From: an uncultured delta proteobacterium
GTDB lineage: Bacteria > Desulfobacterota > Desulfobacteria > Desulfobacterales > Desulfosalsimonadaceae
NCBI GenBank assembly: GCA_963826785.1
Contig: CAWGYD010000006.1
Location: forward strand, 352,001 to 416,000
Direction: 5' to 3'
Length of the DNA: 64,000 nucleotides
The notes below the pieces were generated by a model, which saw nothing but the letters and a program-made list of their open reading frames with translations, was not told the origin of the DNA and ran no database searches. This document shows positions 47,201 through 58,296 of this stretch, one piece after another (the first letter of the stretch is position 1; the number at the start of each line of letters is the position of its first letter). A program made the position numbers and the translations under genes.

Positions 47201-50200
47201 TTACCCCTTCCCGGATTTCCGGCGGTGGCGCAACAGGACCAGGAATGCCGGCAGCACGATCAGGACCAGGGGGAACTGGGCGGCCAGGCCGGAGATGATG
47301 GCCACGGCAAGCGGCTGCTGCATGGCCGCCCCCTGCCCGATCCCCAGCGCCAGAGGGAACAGGGCCAGTATGGCTGCCAGGGTGGTCATCATGATGGGGC
47401 GCATGCGGTTGACCCCGGCTGCGATCAGCAGTCGGGCCGGCATCTCCCCGGGGGGGAGATCATGGTATTCGGAGGCGAAGAAGATCCCCACCTCGGTCAC
47501 GATCCCGATAATCATGGTCATCCCCATCATGGAGGTGATGTTCAGTTCGATCCCGGTCAGCCACAGCCCGATGAACACAGCGGCAGTCGAAAGCAGCGTG
47601 GTCGCCAGGATGGCAAAGGCCATGCGGAAGCTCTCGTAGATGAACAGGAGCAGGGAAAAGACCAGCAGAACGGCAGTGAGAAAGACCTTGAACAGTCCGG
47701 CAAAGGCGATCTGCTGCTGCTGGTAGAGCCCGCCCAGTTCATAGGTGACATTTGCCGGGAAAAGCCCTTTCCGGTCGAGGATCTTCTTGATGTCGGCAAT
47801 GGCGCCGCCCATGGACCGGCCGCTGATGCGGGCGGTCACCGCGATCATCCGCTGCAGATTTTCCCGCATGATCTGGGGCTCCCCGGTGAGGATCTTCACA
47901 TCAGCCACCCGCTTCAGACGAAACAGGTGCCCGTCCGGGGCCTGAAGCATCAGATGCCTGATATTCCATTCCGTCTGCCGGATCTCATCCGGCATCCACA
48001 GCCGGACCCCCACCATTTTCGGGCCTTCCTGGATATGGGTGGTGACCCCGCCGCTGATGGCATCCTGCATCTGTTTCGTCACCGCCTCGGGGTCGACCCC
48101 TTCCAGCGCGGCCTTGACCCGGTCGACCTTGATCTCCAGCGCATCGCCGGCATAGACCACGCCGTCCTTGATTTCCACCACCCCAGGCACCGAGGAGATG
48201 GCCCGGGCCACCCTGGGGCCGATTTTGAGCAGCTGTTTCTCATCATCCGAATAGATCTTTATGTCGATGGGCTGGGGGGCTGCGGTCAGAGTCGCCAATG
48301 AGATCCTCCATCAGCTGGGACAGCTCGATTTCAAGCCCGGGGACCGTGTGCTCGATTTGTTTACGGACGTCTTCCATCACGGCATCGATGGGCGGCCGGG
48401 GAAAATTTTTAAGAAGAACGAAAAAATCGCCTTCGTTGGGGTCGGCCAGGGTTCCCCCCAGGGCCAGACCGGTCCGGCGGGTGTATGTCTTGACTGACGG
48501 CGTGGACCGCAGTATCCCGCCCACCCGCGTGAGCAGCCGGTCTGTCTCGGTCAGCGACGTCCCGGCCGGTGCCCGGTAGTCAAGCACGAATCCCCCTTCG
48601 TCCATGGCGGGCATGAACCCGGACCCGACGTTTTCGTAGGCATACCACCCGGCTGCCAGCAGGGGGATCACCCCGAGAAAGACCAGCCAGGGGCGCTTCA
48701 AAATCCGGCCCATCAGCCATTCATACCCCTGGTGGGCCCCTCGGGTCAGGCGGCCTTTATCCTCCCGGGCCGCATCCTTTTGATTAGCACGTGATCGGCT
48801 ATAAGCGGTTCGGCCAGCCAGGTGATGACAAATGAGATGAAAAGCGCGCCGGCCATGGTCAGGGAAAGCGACTTGAAAAAGGATCCGGTCAGCCCGGACA
48901 GGAAGGTCAGGGGAAGGAAGATGATGATGGTGGACGTCGAGGATCCCGTCAGCGGCCGGGAGAACTCCTGGGCGGCGGCCATGACCTTGCGGTGGTGTTC
49001 GCCGCCGCCTTCCCGCAGCCGGCGAATGATATGCTCCATCATGACCACGGTGTCATCGATGATGAGCCCCACGGCCGCGGCCATTCCGCCTAAGGGTCAT
49101 GATGTTGAAGCTCAGATTGAAGACATAAAGGATCAGGACGGTGGCGGCAAGGACCGAAGGAACAGCCACCAGGGCGATCAGGGTGATCTTGATGTTGCGC
49201 AGAAAAAGCAGCAGGACCAGACCCGGCCAGCAGGACGCCGAAAATAATGGCGTCACGGACGCTCCCTTCCGAGGAAAGGATCAAATCGCTCTGGTCATAC
49301 CATTTGCTGAGATTACCCCCGGCGGAAAGTGCTTGCGGTATCCGTCCAGTCTTGCCTTGACCTCGTTGTCGATCCGGACCGTGTTCGCCCCCCGCTGCTG
49401 GTAGATTTCCAGGGTGACTGCTTGGTGGCCGTCTGCGGTGACCCGGGTCCAGCGGGGAACAACGGACCGGCTCACGGTGGCCACGTCCTCCAGCAGCACC
49501 ACCCCGTCCTCGCCGGAGCGGAGCACGGTCTGACCCACGCTGGCCAGGTTGTCGAAGCGGGTATCGGAGACCACCAGGTAGAGCTTGTAATGATCCTCCA
49601 TGCGGCCCACCGCCGTGATCACATTTGCGGCCGAAAGCGCGGAAGACACCTCTTCCATGGTCAGACCGAAGGATGCGAGCATCTTCGGAGCGATGGTCAC
49701 ATGATATTCTTCTTCCTCTCCCCCCTGCACCCCGACTTTCTGCACCCCCGGGACCGCGGACAGAACCGGCCGCAGCTGGTAGTAGGCGATATCCCGCAGC
49801 TTGATCGGGGAAAGGGTGTCCGATGTCATGCTGTAGGCAAGGACCGGATAGACGGTGGGGTCCATGCGGCGGACGGTGAAGGTGGCATCCCCGGGTAGAT
49901 TCGAGCGGATCTCGTTAACGGCGGACTCGAGTTCCAGCATGCGGGTGACCATGTCCTGGCCCCATTCAAAACGCACGGAGATGGCGGCGCTTCCCCGGGT
50001 GGTGGTGGAGCGGATATTGACCACGCCGGGGACCCCTCGCACCGCCTCTTCAACCGGCCGGGTGACCTCGATGGCCATGCGGTCGGCCGGCCGGTCCCCG
50101 GCATCCAGATCGACTTCGATGCGGGGAAAGCTGATCCGGGGAAACAGGGAGACGGGAAGCTGACGGCCGGTGAGAACACCCCCGGCCACCAGCAGCGCGA

Positions 50201-50252
50201 TCAGAAACAGGAGGGAGCGCCGATGCGACTGAATCCAATCCGTAAATCTCAT
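47201..50252 (-). pseudogene. RND efflux permease (AcrB/CusA superfamily) with five frameshifts between about 48290 and 49315
   Basis: Contiguous fragments LPVSLFP..PVEEAV; NIMT(L)GG; VGLIIDD; GSGFMPAMDEG; RMRPIMMTT, QPLAVAIISG. Confidence 0.85.
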
Positions 50253-51325
50253 TCGGCTGCCCCGGTCATGTTGACGCGCATGTTGTCGGTGAGTTCGTAA
50301 TTGCCCTCGACCACCACCGGCTGGCCGGCCCGGAGATCGCTGCCGGATACCTGGTATTCTCTGGGATTCTCAAGACCGATGGTGACGGTATGCCGGACCG
50401 CCCGGTTATCTTTCACCGTGTAAAGGACGTGGGTGTCCCCTTCGGGAAGAACAGCGGACCGCGGGACAATAAATCCCTCGGCCGAACCAACGGTCAACTG
50501 CCCGGCAATCGATTCATTGAGCAGATAGCTGTCCGTCGAATCCAGGGTGATGAAGATGTCGACCAGCCGGGTGGACGGGTTTACGGCATAAGAAATTTCG
50601 CGTATCTTTCCGGAAGCCCGTTCCTCGGTGGGGGCATTGATTCGGGTGAGCACCACCTCCTGGCCGGTTTGAACGCTGCGGATATTTTCCGGCTCGACCC
50701 CGAGAAGGACCTGGAGCCGGTTTTGGGCCACGATCTCCACCAGAGTGCTGCCGGCGGAGACGATGGCCCCCTCCTCGGCATTGACCTGTTTGACAAGCCC
50801 GCTGACATTGGCCCTGATTTCCCGAACGCCGTCGACTCCCCGCTTTTCGAGACTTTCCAGGGTCAGCTTCGCCTGATCCATCGACTGACGAGCCTGCAGC
50901 AGCTGCTGATTGGTCGCCAGCTTCAGCTTGTACTGGTTTTCCACCTGTTTGAAGTTTTCTTTTTCAAGATCATATGCCCTGCGCGCCCGATCGAGTTCGA
51001 GTTGGGCGGCGGGGCTCGGCTCCAGTTTTAAGAGGGTATCCCCCTTCGCCACTTTCTGGCCGTTGTTGACCCCGATGGTGAGGATCTTGCTTTCAAACGA
51101 CACTGAAACCGTCTGCAGGGCGCCGGGTGCCGGGACCACCTGGCCGTATACAAAAATCTGCTCCTGGATGGTCCCCCGGGTCAGCGGAACCGTTTTCACC
51201 TTCGCGATGGGATTTCCGGTATTTTCCGCAGGCGATGCGGCGGCCATTGCCGGGCCCATTTTCAAAAAAGTCCCCGCAGCAGCGAGAAGGACGACGACCA
51301 TGGTTATCCAAATGGATCGCTTCAC
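50249..51325 (-). CDS. RND periplasmic adaptor (membrane fusion protein)
   Basis: GQKVAKGDTLL, IRANVSGLV, G.IV.AG..L, STRLV and VPRSAV. Confidence 0.88.
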   Translation of the reverse strand: MKRSIWITMVVVLLAAAGTFLKMGPAMAAASPAENTGNPIAKVKTVPLTRGTIQEQIFVYGQVVPAPGALQTVSVSFESKILTIGVNNGQKVAKGDTLLKLEPSPAAQLELDRARRAYDLEKENFKQVENQYKLKLATNQQLLQARQSMDQAKLTLESLEKRGVDGVREIRANVSGLVKQVNAEEGAIVSAGSTLVEIVAQNRLQVLLGVEPENIRSVQTGQEVVLTRINAPTEERASGKIREISYAVNPSTRLVDIFITLDSTDSYLLNESIAGQLTVGSAEGFIVPRSAVLPEGDTHVLYTVKDNRAVRHTVTIGLENPREYQVSGSDLRAGQPVVVEGNYELTDNMRVNMTGAAE

Positions 51326-52698
51326 TGGTTTTGTTCTCCGGCGGCCGGTTCCAGGTAGCGCCCGGCTGCAATTTCCAGGGCCACGAACTGGTCCACGAAT
51401 TGTATGTTGAGATCCAGCAGGGAGATGCGGGTGGTGACCAGTTCATCCCTTGCGTTATAATAGGACAGGACATCTGCATTCCCCTGCAGAAGGGCCTCAT
51501 GGTAGGTTTTCACCAGGGCTTCCTGGGAGGGGAGGTAGGATAGGGTGGCATCGATCTGTGCCTGGAGTTCGGCCAAATCCGCCCGGAGTTGGGGAATGGT
51601 CGATTCCGCGTCATAAAACCGGCTGATGTATTCATCATACAACTGCTTCCGGGTGGCGCGTTCCACGGCGATGCTTCCCCGGTTCCGGTTGAAAAAGGGG
51701 AGCGTGAAGGTGACCGCCGGGCCGGTGGTCACCACGTTTCCCGTGTCCCGGGCTTCATTCAGATCGATATTCACCGCGGGGAACTGTTCCAGAATCGCCA
51801 CCCGGACTTGGGCCTCCTGGCTGTTGTATCCCGTCTTCAATGCAAGCAGGTCGAGCCGGCGATCGGCAATACCAGCTGTAAGTTGATCTGCCGGCGGGAT
51901 GGCGGCCATACCGGGCGGCAGGATACCGGGGCGGAGATGAATTTCGTGTTCAGGCGGAAAGCCGATGGCCTGGTTGAGGGCGAATCGCTCCTGGACGATG
52001 CGCTGTTTGATGCCAAGAACCGACAGATGCACCCGCTCCAGGGAGGAACGGGCCGCTGAAAGGTCGATGAGGGTCTGGTCATGCATGTCAAAGCCCTTCA
52101 GGACGGTTCGGTAGTTCTCCTGAAGGGCGTTTTCCTCCTCGCTGATTACCGCCATTTCATGTTCCAGGAGGGACAGCCGCAAGGTGTGCTGTTTCGCCGC
52201 CTCGGCCACCTGCCACTCCTGCCATGCCACATCCAGGGCCACCGACGATGCATGCGCCTGTGCCGAATCGATCATGGGGCCGCGGGTAATCAGTGAAAAC
52301 ACGTCATAGCTCAGCGTCAGCCCGAAAGCATTCACCGTATCGCCGGTGGTCCCGGCCGTGGGAATATCCAGGCTGCCGGAAAACTGGGGATCGGGGAGAA
52401 GGCCGGCCTGGTATAGCTGGGCGGAAGCGATTCCACGTTTGTCGCGTTCCGCCCGGAGGCCGGGATGGATCAGGACGGCGATAATGGCTGCAGCATCCGG
52501 GGTGAGTCCTTTGTGGGGCTCGATTTCAACCGGTTTTAAAATCGGATGTTGAATTTTTTCGGCTTCGACCTTCAGGACGGACCCGGGCGGCGGCGTGAGG
52601 GCTTCTCGCACCGCCGCCGGTTCGATGGGCAGGGGGTGATAGGTGGCGCAACCGGGTATCAGAAGAATCGCTGCAACAATCCAAATTGTGTTACGCAT
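51322..52698 (-). CDS. TolC-family outer membrane factor (lipoprotein)
   Basis: IPGC lipobox, AGLLPDP, RRLDL and LPFFNRNRG. Confidence 0.85.
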   Translation of the reverse strand: MRNTIWIVAAILLIPGCATYHPLPIEPAAVREALTPPPGSVLKVEAEKIQHPILKPVEIEPHKGLTPDAAAIIAVLIHPGLRAERDKRGIASAQLYQAGLLPDPQFSGSLDIPTAGTTGDTVNAFGLTLSYDVFSLITRGPMIDSAQAHASSVALDVAWQEWQVAEAAKQHTLRLSLLEHEMAVISEEENALQENYRTVLKGFDMHDQTLIDLSAARSSLERVHLSVLGIKQRIVQERFALNQAIGFPPEHEIHLRPGILPPGMAAIPPADQLTAGIADRRLDLLALKTGYNSQEAQVRVAILEQFPAVNIDLNEARDTGNVVTTGPAVTFTLPFFNRNRGSIAVERATRKQLYDEYISRFYDAESTIPQLRADLAELQAQIDATLSYLPSQEALVKTYHEALLQGNADVLSYYNARDELVTTRISLLDLNIQFVDQFVALEIAAGRYLEPAAGEQNQ

Positions 52699-53225
52699 CG
52701 GCACAATTCTATGCTCCAAAGGATCAATGGAAATTGACACGTACCAGCCGTGAATGGAAATTCACCGAAGACGTGTGTCTTTCATTTTAAGCTGCTTACT
52801 TCGCTGCGCGGCGTTTTAGCAGTAAGCAAATTTTGAAATGGGTGCGGTTCTTTTCAGAGCGACAATGGTGATGATGGACAACGTGCGAAAATAGATCATG
52901 GCGACCTCCGATGGTGATTTCTAAGGTTTGAAAATGATAATTTTTTTTCTACGGCTTTGAATTTCTGGAAATGGTCGTTTCCATGATCTTAAATCTATAC
53001 ATCGACGGATAACCGGCAAGAATGCCGCCGCACCGGCTCCATTCCCGCTCATGGGTGTCATGGGTCTGTCTCTCTAAAAACCTGCCGAATCACTTGGGCG
53101 GACTGTAGTTTCGAATTGCGCGAACGCCATATTACGATTTCATAATGTTCCAACAATGCCAGCAGATTTATTCATAGTCGATCCGGGACGGGTTAAATAC
53201 ACGGATCGCATCGTATATCATTGCA

Positions 53226-53264
53226 GATTACCCGAAGATAACCGCAGGATTACATTTTGATAAT
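53226..53264 (-). promoter_or_regulatory. Four-part 11-bp-periodic response-regulator box (copy 2)
   Basis: GATTAC-N5-GATAAC-N5-GATTAC-N5-GATAAT; TACGAT lies 10 nt downstream on the minus strand. Confidence 0.68.
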
Positions 53265-53413
53265 AAATGCTTTTGGATTTTAGGGGATTGTCGTGGAAAA
53301 ATCTGTCATGAAGGATCGCATGCCGGCCCGGCGCATTTTTTAAAGGAAGGAATTGGATGAGCCGATGTGGGGGACAGGGAAAGAGAAAAAAAGTTGTTTT
53401 AGCGGTCAGGCAT

Positions 53414-55026
53414 TCATGATGCTTCGGATTTTTCGAGATGATAGACGAGGTAAAAATAGGTTGCATTGCCCACGCGGAAGGACTCCGCTTTTCCCAGATG
53501 GTCGAACCGGTCCTTTACCTTTTCCCAGTCTTGCCTGGAAAAAACGGCGATGCCGTTTCCGATATTTTCCATTTCAATCCGCATCTGCTCCGGGTTGTCG
53601 ATTCGCTTTCCGCTTAAATGGCTGTACAAAGGCAATATTTCATCGTCCATGTGATAGAGCAGCAGCGGTTTTGGCGGATGCTGAAACGCCGTGGCGGCCT
53701 GGGCGAGTTTTACCGGCCCTTTGATGGCGTTGAACCCGGGAAAGACGATCATGCCCACGGTCAGTTCTGCCGCAATGAACACGGCCGCCAGCCGGTTGAA
53801 CCAGGCCTGGTCGATTCCCGAAGCCGCAAACCGGCGGATCAGGAACAGGGCGCCCGCCGTCATCACCAGTCCCGTGGGGAGAAAGATCATTCCCGATACC
53901 GGCAGGTGAACCAGAGGGATCACCAGGCCGGCGATCCCCAACAGCATCATGATGGCGAGCAGCGGATACGTGGAAATCTTTATCCATTTTCCCGAACAAC
54001 GGGCAAGATCGGGCCAGGCCGCTGCCACCAGCATGGCGGCGGCCGGATAGACCGAAAGAATATAGATGTTGCGCTTGCTGGTGATGGCGGTAAAAAAAAG
54101 CACCACAAAGAGTATCCATCCCGAAAGGGCCAGCAGCCGGGTCCGGCGGCGCTCATCGTTTTTCAATACGGCAATGCTCAACGGTAAAAAGAACAGCCAG
54201 GGCAGAAAATCCGTGAGCAGGTATTTTATATAGTAATAAAATGGCTTGACGTGGCCGCCGAACTCGCCGGTGGCCCGGCCGACATTCTGGGAAAAGAGCA
54301 GTTCGTTAAAATATGCCGGGGGCGCCCCCTGGAGTTTGGCCCCCAGCAGCCAGGCCCCGGGAAAGGCCAGGGCCAGGGGAATCCCCCACAGCCAGAATCC
54401 TTTTTTGAGATTTTTCGCCTTTCCGGTAAACAGGTTGATGAAGGCATAGATGCCGATGGGGATGATCAGTCCCACCGGCCCCTTGGCCAGGATCGCCAGC
54501 CCCATGAAGGAAAAGGCCCCCGCCTGGAGACGAACAGAAGGGGTTTCTTCATTTAAAAAGAGCAGGAACAGGGCCATCATCTCCAGTCCCAGCAGGAGCA
54601 TGTCGATCCGTCCGTATCCGGCCTCCTTCCAGAACAGAACCGACGTGGACAGGATGAATACGGTGCGCCAGGCGGTTTGCGCGTCGAACCACTTGAAGGC
54701 CAGGCGCGCGATGCCGCCCACAGGGCCAGCACCGCCCCCAGCAGGGAGGGAAGGCGGCCGGAAACCCCGTTGTAGGCCCCGCCGGTAAACACCGTGGCGG
54801 CCCGGATCAGCCAGAACATCAGGGGGGGCTTGTGGGTGTAGGGGATGCCGTTTCGAATGGGCACCATGGGCGAATCATAGAGGGCCATTTCCCTGGCCAC
54901 GTAGGTGTAGCGGGACTCATCCGGATTCCACAGCCCCCGCAGCGCATACTGACCGCTCCACAGGATCGCGGCATAGAGGATGATAAAAAGAAGGGGAACC
55001 GGTTTATTGCCGGACAGAATGGTCAT
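53414..55026 (-). pseudogene. ArnT-like GT-C glycosyltransferase (copy 2) with a frameshift near 54712
   Basis: LWNPDESRY..AREM, HKPPLMFWL and RLPS in one frame; RIDML, LAKGPVG, HVKPFYYY and SKRNIY in the next. Confidence 0.82.
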
Positions 55027-55307
55027 GCGTTTGCTTTGTTCCGGATCACGAACTGGAGATTCCGGATGTAGACGATAAAACCGAAGGCCTGGCCGAGAAT
55101 AAACACCGGGTCCTTGCGGTAGACCGCATAAGCCAGCAGAATGGCGCTTCCCAGCAGGCTGAAAATCCAGAAGCTCACGGGAATGATCGACTGTTTTTTC
55201 CGTTCGGACTCGATCCATTGCACCACGAACCGCATGGTGAAGCAAAGCTGCCCCAGAAGTCCGAAAATCAGCCAGAAATCAATGGGTTTTCCCAGTATGT
55301 GGGTCAT
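55023..55307 (-). CDS. Lipid-A-disaccharide synthase N-terminal (LAB_N) domain membrane protein
   Basis: FGLLGQ..F..RF.VQW..SE...S.IP..FW..S..G...LL.YA..R.DPVFILGQ. Confidence 0.88.
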   Translation of the reverse strand: MTHILGKPIDFWLIFGLLGQLCFTMRFVVQWIESERKKQSIIPVSFWIFSLLGSAILLAYAVYRKDPVFILGQAFGFIVYIRNLQFVIRNKANA

Positions 55308-56016
55308 CGTTGGTCTCGCGTATGACAAATGAAATGTTCCGGTCCTGCATCCAGCGCACCGCCAGCAGGTCCCGCAATCCGGAAAAGGCCCGATCCCAGG
55401 TGCCGTACTTGGAAATCCCTTTTGTCCGGGGGCGATGCCGGACCGGCACTTCAATGACCCTGGCCCCCTCCATCTTCATCAGGGTGGGCAGGAACCGGTG
55501 CATCCCCTTATACATTTTAATGTTTCTCAGGTACCGGGTGTTCATGATTTTCAAAGAACACCCGGTATCGTGGATGGTTTCCCGGGAAAGACGATTCCGG
55601 ACCCCGTTGGCAAACCGGGAGGAGAACTTCTTCCAGCGGGTATCCTGCCGGTCTTTTCGCCAGCCGGTAACCATCTCGTAATCCTTCAGGTACGGTATCA
55701 TATTCAGGATGTCCGCCGGGTCATTCTGCAGGTCGCTGTCCAGCGTTATCACCCAGTCGCCTTCCGCCGCCCTGAATCCGGCGCACAGGGCCGCCGACTG
55801 GCCGTAGTTGCGGTCAAACCGGATGAACCGGCAGTGGCCGCTTTTGGATGCCATTTCCCTGATGATGTCAAAACCGGTATCCGTGCTGCCGTCGTCGACC
55901 CAGATGACCTCACATGATTCTGGCATGCGCGTGATCAGTTTCTCGATCTCCGCGGAGAGGGGTGGCAGGTTTTCCGCCTCATTATAAACCGGAATGACAA
56001 ATGAATATGTGACCAA
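55279..56016 (-). CDS. GT2 polyprenyl-phosphate glycosyltransferase (ArnC/DPM-like)
   Basis: VIPVYNEAEN, VDDGSTD, NYGQSAA, DSDLQNDPAD, DTGCSLK and MHRFLP. Confidence 0.9.
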   Translation of the reverse strand: MVTYSFVIPVYNEAENLPPLSAEIEKLITRMPESCEVIWVDDGSTDTGFDIIREMASKSGHCRFIRFDRNYGQSAALCAGFRAAEGDWVITLDSDLQNDPADILNMIPYLKDYEMVTGWRKDRQDTRWKKFSSRFANGVRNRLSRETIHDTGCSLKIMNTRYLRNIKMYKGMHRFLPTLMKMEGARVIEVPVRHRPRTKGISKYGTWDRAFSGLRDLLAVRWMQDRNISFVIRETNDDPHTGKTH

Positions 56017-56177
56017 TAAAAGACTCCCGATCCAAACCTGTTGATAAATCAGCGATTGATCGCCATTGCCGCAAAAGGATAATCATTTGATCATAAATGA
56101 CAAAAATACAAGTGTAAATTTTTTTAACACTTCTGAACCATACGGGATTTGTAAACAGAAAATACGAATCTATAATT

Positions 56178-56216
56178 AATTACTTAAAGATAAGATGGAA
56201 ATTATCATTTGATAAT
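56178..56216 (-). promoter_or_regulatory. Four-part 11-bp-periodic response-regulator box (copy 3)
   Basis: AATTAC-N5-GATAAG-N5-AATTAT-N5-GATAAT upstream of the GT2 operon. Confidence 0.6.
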
Positions 56217-56240
56217 GTTGCGGAAACCGACGCCATCCAT

Positions 56241-57641
56241 TCACACCGGAAGCACAACGGTAAACGTGCTTCCCTGGTTTTCGACGCTTTTGACCGATAT
56301 ATCGCCGCCGAGGGCGCCCGCGATGGATCGGGCCAGGCTGAGGCCCAGCCCGATGCCGGAGCAGGACCGGCTCCGATCGCACCGGTAGAACCGATCAAAG
56401 ATTTTGTCGATTTCCGCTCCGGGGATGCCGATGCCGGTGTCTTTGAACATCAATCGGATGTGTCGGGGGTCGGGTTGCACCGAAACCGTCACCACTCCCC
56501 CCGGATGGCTGAATTTAATCGCATTTTCCAGAAGGTTGGTCACCAGCCGCTGCAGTTTCCGTCGATCGGTGGTGTACATCAGCGGCCGATTGCCCGTATC
56601 TGCTTCTATCCGGATATCCCGCTCATCCGCCAGCGGTTTGAATAATTCGCAGGCGTCATAGACCATGCCGGCCAGATCCACGGTTTCCATGTTCAGGGCG
56701 CCCACGCCGGCATCCATTTCCGTGATATCGAGCATGGTGTTGATCATGTGGATGAGACCGTCGCATTCCTCGATGGTATTGATCGCCATCGTCCGATAAT
56801 CTCCCAGGGTGGCGCGGTTTATCAGGGTCATTTCGGCAATGCCCCGGATGCGGGCCAGAGGGCTTCTGAGATCATGGGCGATGTTGTCGGTCATTTCCCC
56901 CATACTGGCGATCACCGCCTGGAGCCGGTCCAGCATGACATTAAACGCATTTGCCAGACGGGTGATTTCATCCGCTCGCTGATGCACCCGCACCCGTTTG
57001 TCATAGGACCCTTTCGAAATTTCGATGGCGGTTTCGCTGATTTCTTCAACCCCGCTCAGGGCCCGCCGGGCCATCCACCAGCCGATCAGCACGGAAATGC
57101 CGACCAGGGGAAATACGATCAGAATCATCAGGTTGCGAAATACATACGAATATTTATCGATCTCCGCCATGGATTTTCCAACCTGCATTCTCTCCGACGG
57201 CCCGATTCTTCCGTATGCGGTTCTGAGCCGGTGAGGATAGCCGCGGACCGCGAGGGTCTGAAATTCCGGATGGGTCAGTTCTGCAGATGCGGGGGGTGAG
57301 ATCTCCGGGAGGAGCAGATTTTTCCATCGAAAATTGCTCTTTTCAGAGATCATGTGCCCGCCTGAAGAAAAAAGGCGGTAAAACGTTTCTCCGTTTTCCG
57401 TCTGGATTTCCAGATCCATGTACGCTTCAACTTCTTCAATGCCGCCGGTCTTCAGCATCATGTCCATCTCATGAAGCTCCTCCTGCAGGGACTCGTCCAT
57501 ATTCCTCATGAATGCGGCATGGATGACGTAAAAGAAAATAGAAAGGGTGAGCAGGGAAGTGAGGGTAAAGATGAGGGCATACCACAGGCTCAGGCGAAGC
57601 GACAGGGAGTTGCGGAATTCAGGGATTATCTCGAAGAACAT
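56241..57641 (-). CDS. HAMP-domain sensor histidine kinase
   Basis: Two TM helices, HAMP domain, IAHDLRSPL, NLLENAIK, DTGIGI, FDRFYR and GIGLGL. Confidence 0.92.
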   Translation of the reverse strand: MFFEIIPEFRNSLSLRLSLWYALIFTLTSLLTLSIFFYVIHAAFMRNMDESLQEELHEMDMMLKTGGIEEVEAYMDLEIQTENGETFYRLFSSGGHMISEKSNFRWKNLLLPEISPPASAELTHPEFQTLAVRGYPHRLRTAYGRIGPSERMQVGKSMAEIDKYSYVFRNLMILIVFPLVGISVLIGWWMARRALSGVEEISETAIEISKGSYDKRVRVHQRADEITRLANAFNVMLDRLQAVIASMGEMTDNIAHDLRSPLARIRGIAEMTLINRATLGDYRTMAINTIEECDGLIHMINTMLDITEMDAGVGALNMETVDLAGMVYDACELFKPLADERDIRIEADTGNRPLMYTTDRRKLQRLVTNLLENAIKFSHPGGVVTVSVQPDPRHIRLMFKDTGIGIPGAEIDKIFDRFYRCDRSRSCSGIGLGLSLARSIAGALGGDISVKSVENQGSTFTVVLPV

Positions 57642-58296
57642 ATCCGACCCCTCGGATCGTATGGATCAGCGGCTGATCAAAATCCCGGTCGATCTTTTCC
57701 CGCAGACAGCAGATCCGGGCCTCCACCACATTCGTCTGGGGACTGAAATTATAATCCCACACATGTTCCATAATCATGGTCTTTGAAACCACCTGGCCGG
57801 CATTGCGCATCAGGTATTCCAAAAGGGAAAATTCGAGGGGCTGCAGATCGATCCGCCGATCTGCCCGGATCACCCTGCGAGTCTGAATGTCGACCGTTAG
57901 ATCCGCCACCTTTAGCCGGGTCGGGTTTGTCACCGCCGCCGACCTGCGGATCAGCGCATGCACCCGGGCCAGCAGTTCGGAAAAGGCGAAGGGCTTGGTC
58001 AAATAATCATCTCCGCCGATCTTAAGCCCTTTTACCCGGTCATCCACTGAACGCCTGGCGCTCAAGATCAGCACCGGCGTATTGATTTGCTGTCCCCGCA
58101 TTTTCTCGATGAGCACCCACCCGTCCAGACGGGGCAGCATCAGATCGATAACGGCAATGTCATAGGGTTCGGTGATTGCCATATGAAGGCCATCTTCGCC
58201 ATTTTTCACATGGTCGACGGCAAAGCCGGCCTCCTTCAATCCGTTTGAAACAAACAGGGCAATCTTTTCGTCATCTTCCACCAGCAGCAGCCGCAT
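57619..58296 (-). CDS. OmpR-family response regulator (CusR/CzcR-like)
   Basis: MRLLLVEDD, DLMLP, DDYLTKPFAFSEL, VWDYNF..TNVVE and LIHTIRGVGY. Confidence 0.93.
   Translation of the reverse strand: MRLLLVEDDEKIALFVSNGLKEAGFAVDHVKNGEDGLHMAITEPYDIAVIDLMLPRLDGWVLIEKMRGQQINTPVLILSARRSVDDRVKGLKIGGDDYLTKPFAFSELLARVHALIRRSAAVTNPTRLKVADLTVDIQTRRVIRADRRIDLQPLEFSLLEYLMRNAGQVVSKTMIMEHVWDYNFSPQTNVVEARICCLREKIDRDFDQPLIHTIRGVGYVLRDNP

Noticed and set aside
48290..49315. Programmed frameshifting or phase variation in the RND permease
   Set aside because: Five scattered indels without slippery heptamers or long repeats fit low-quality sequence better
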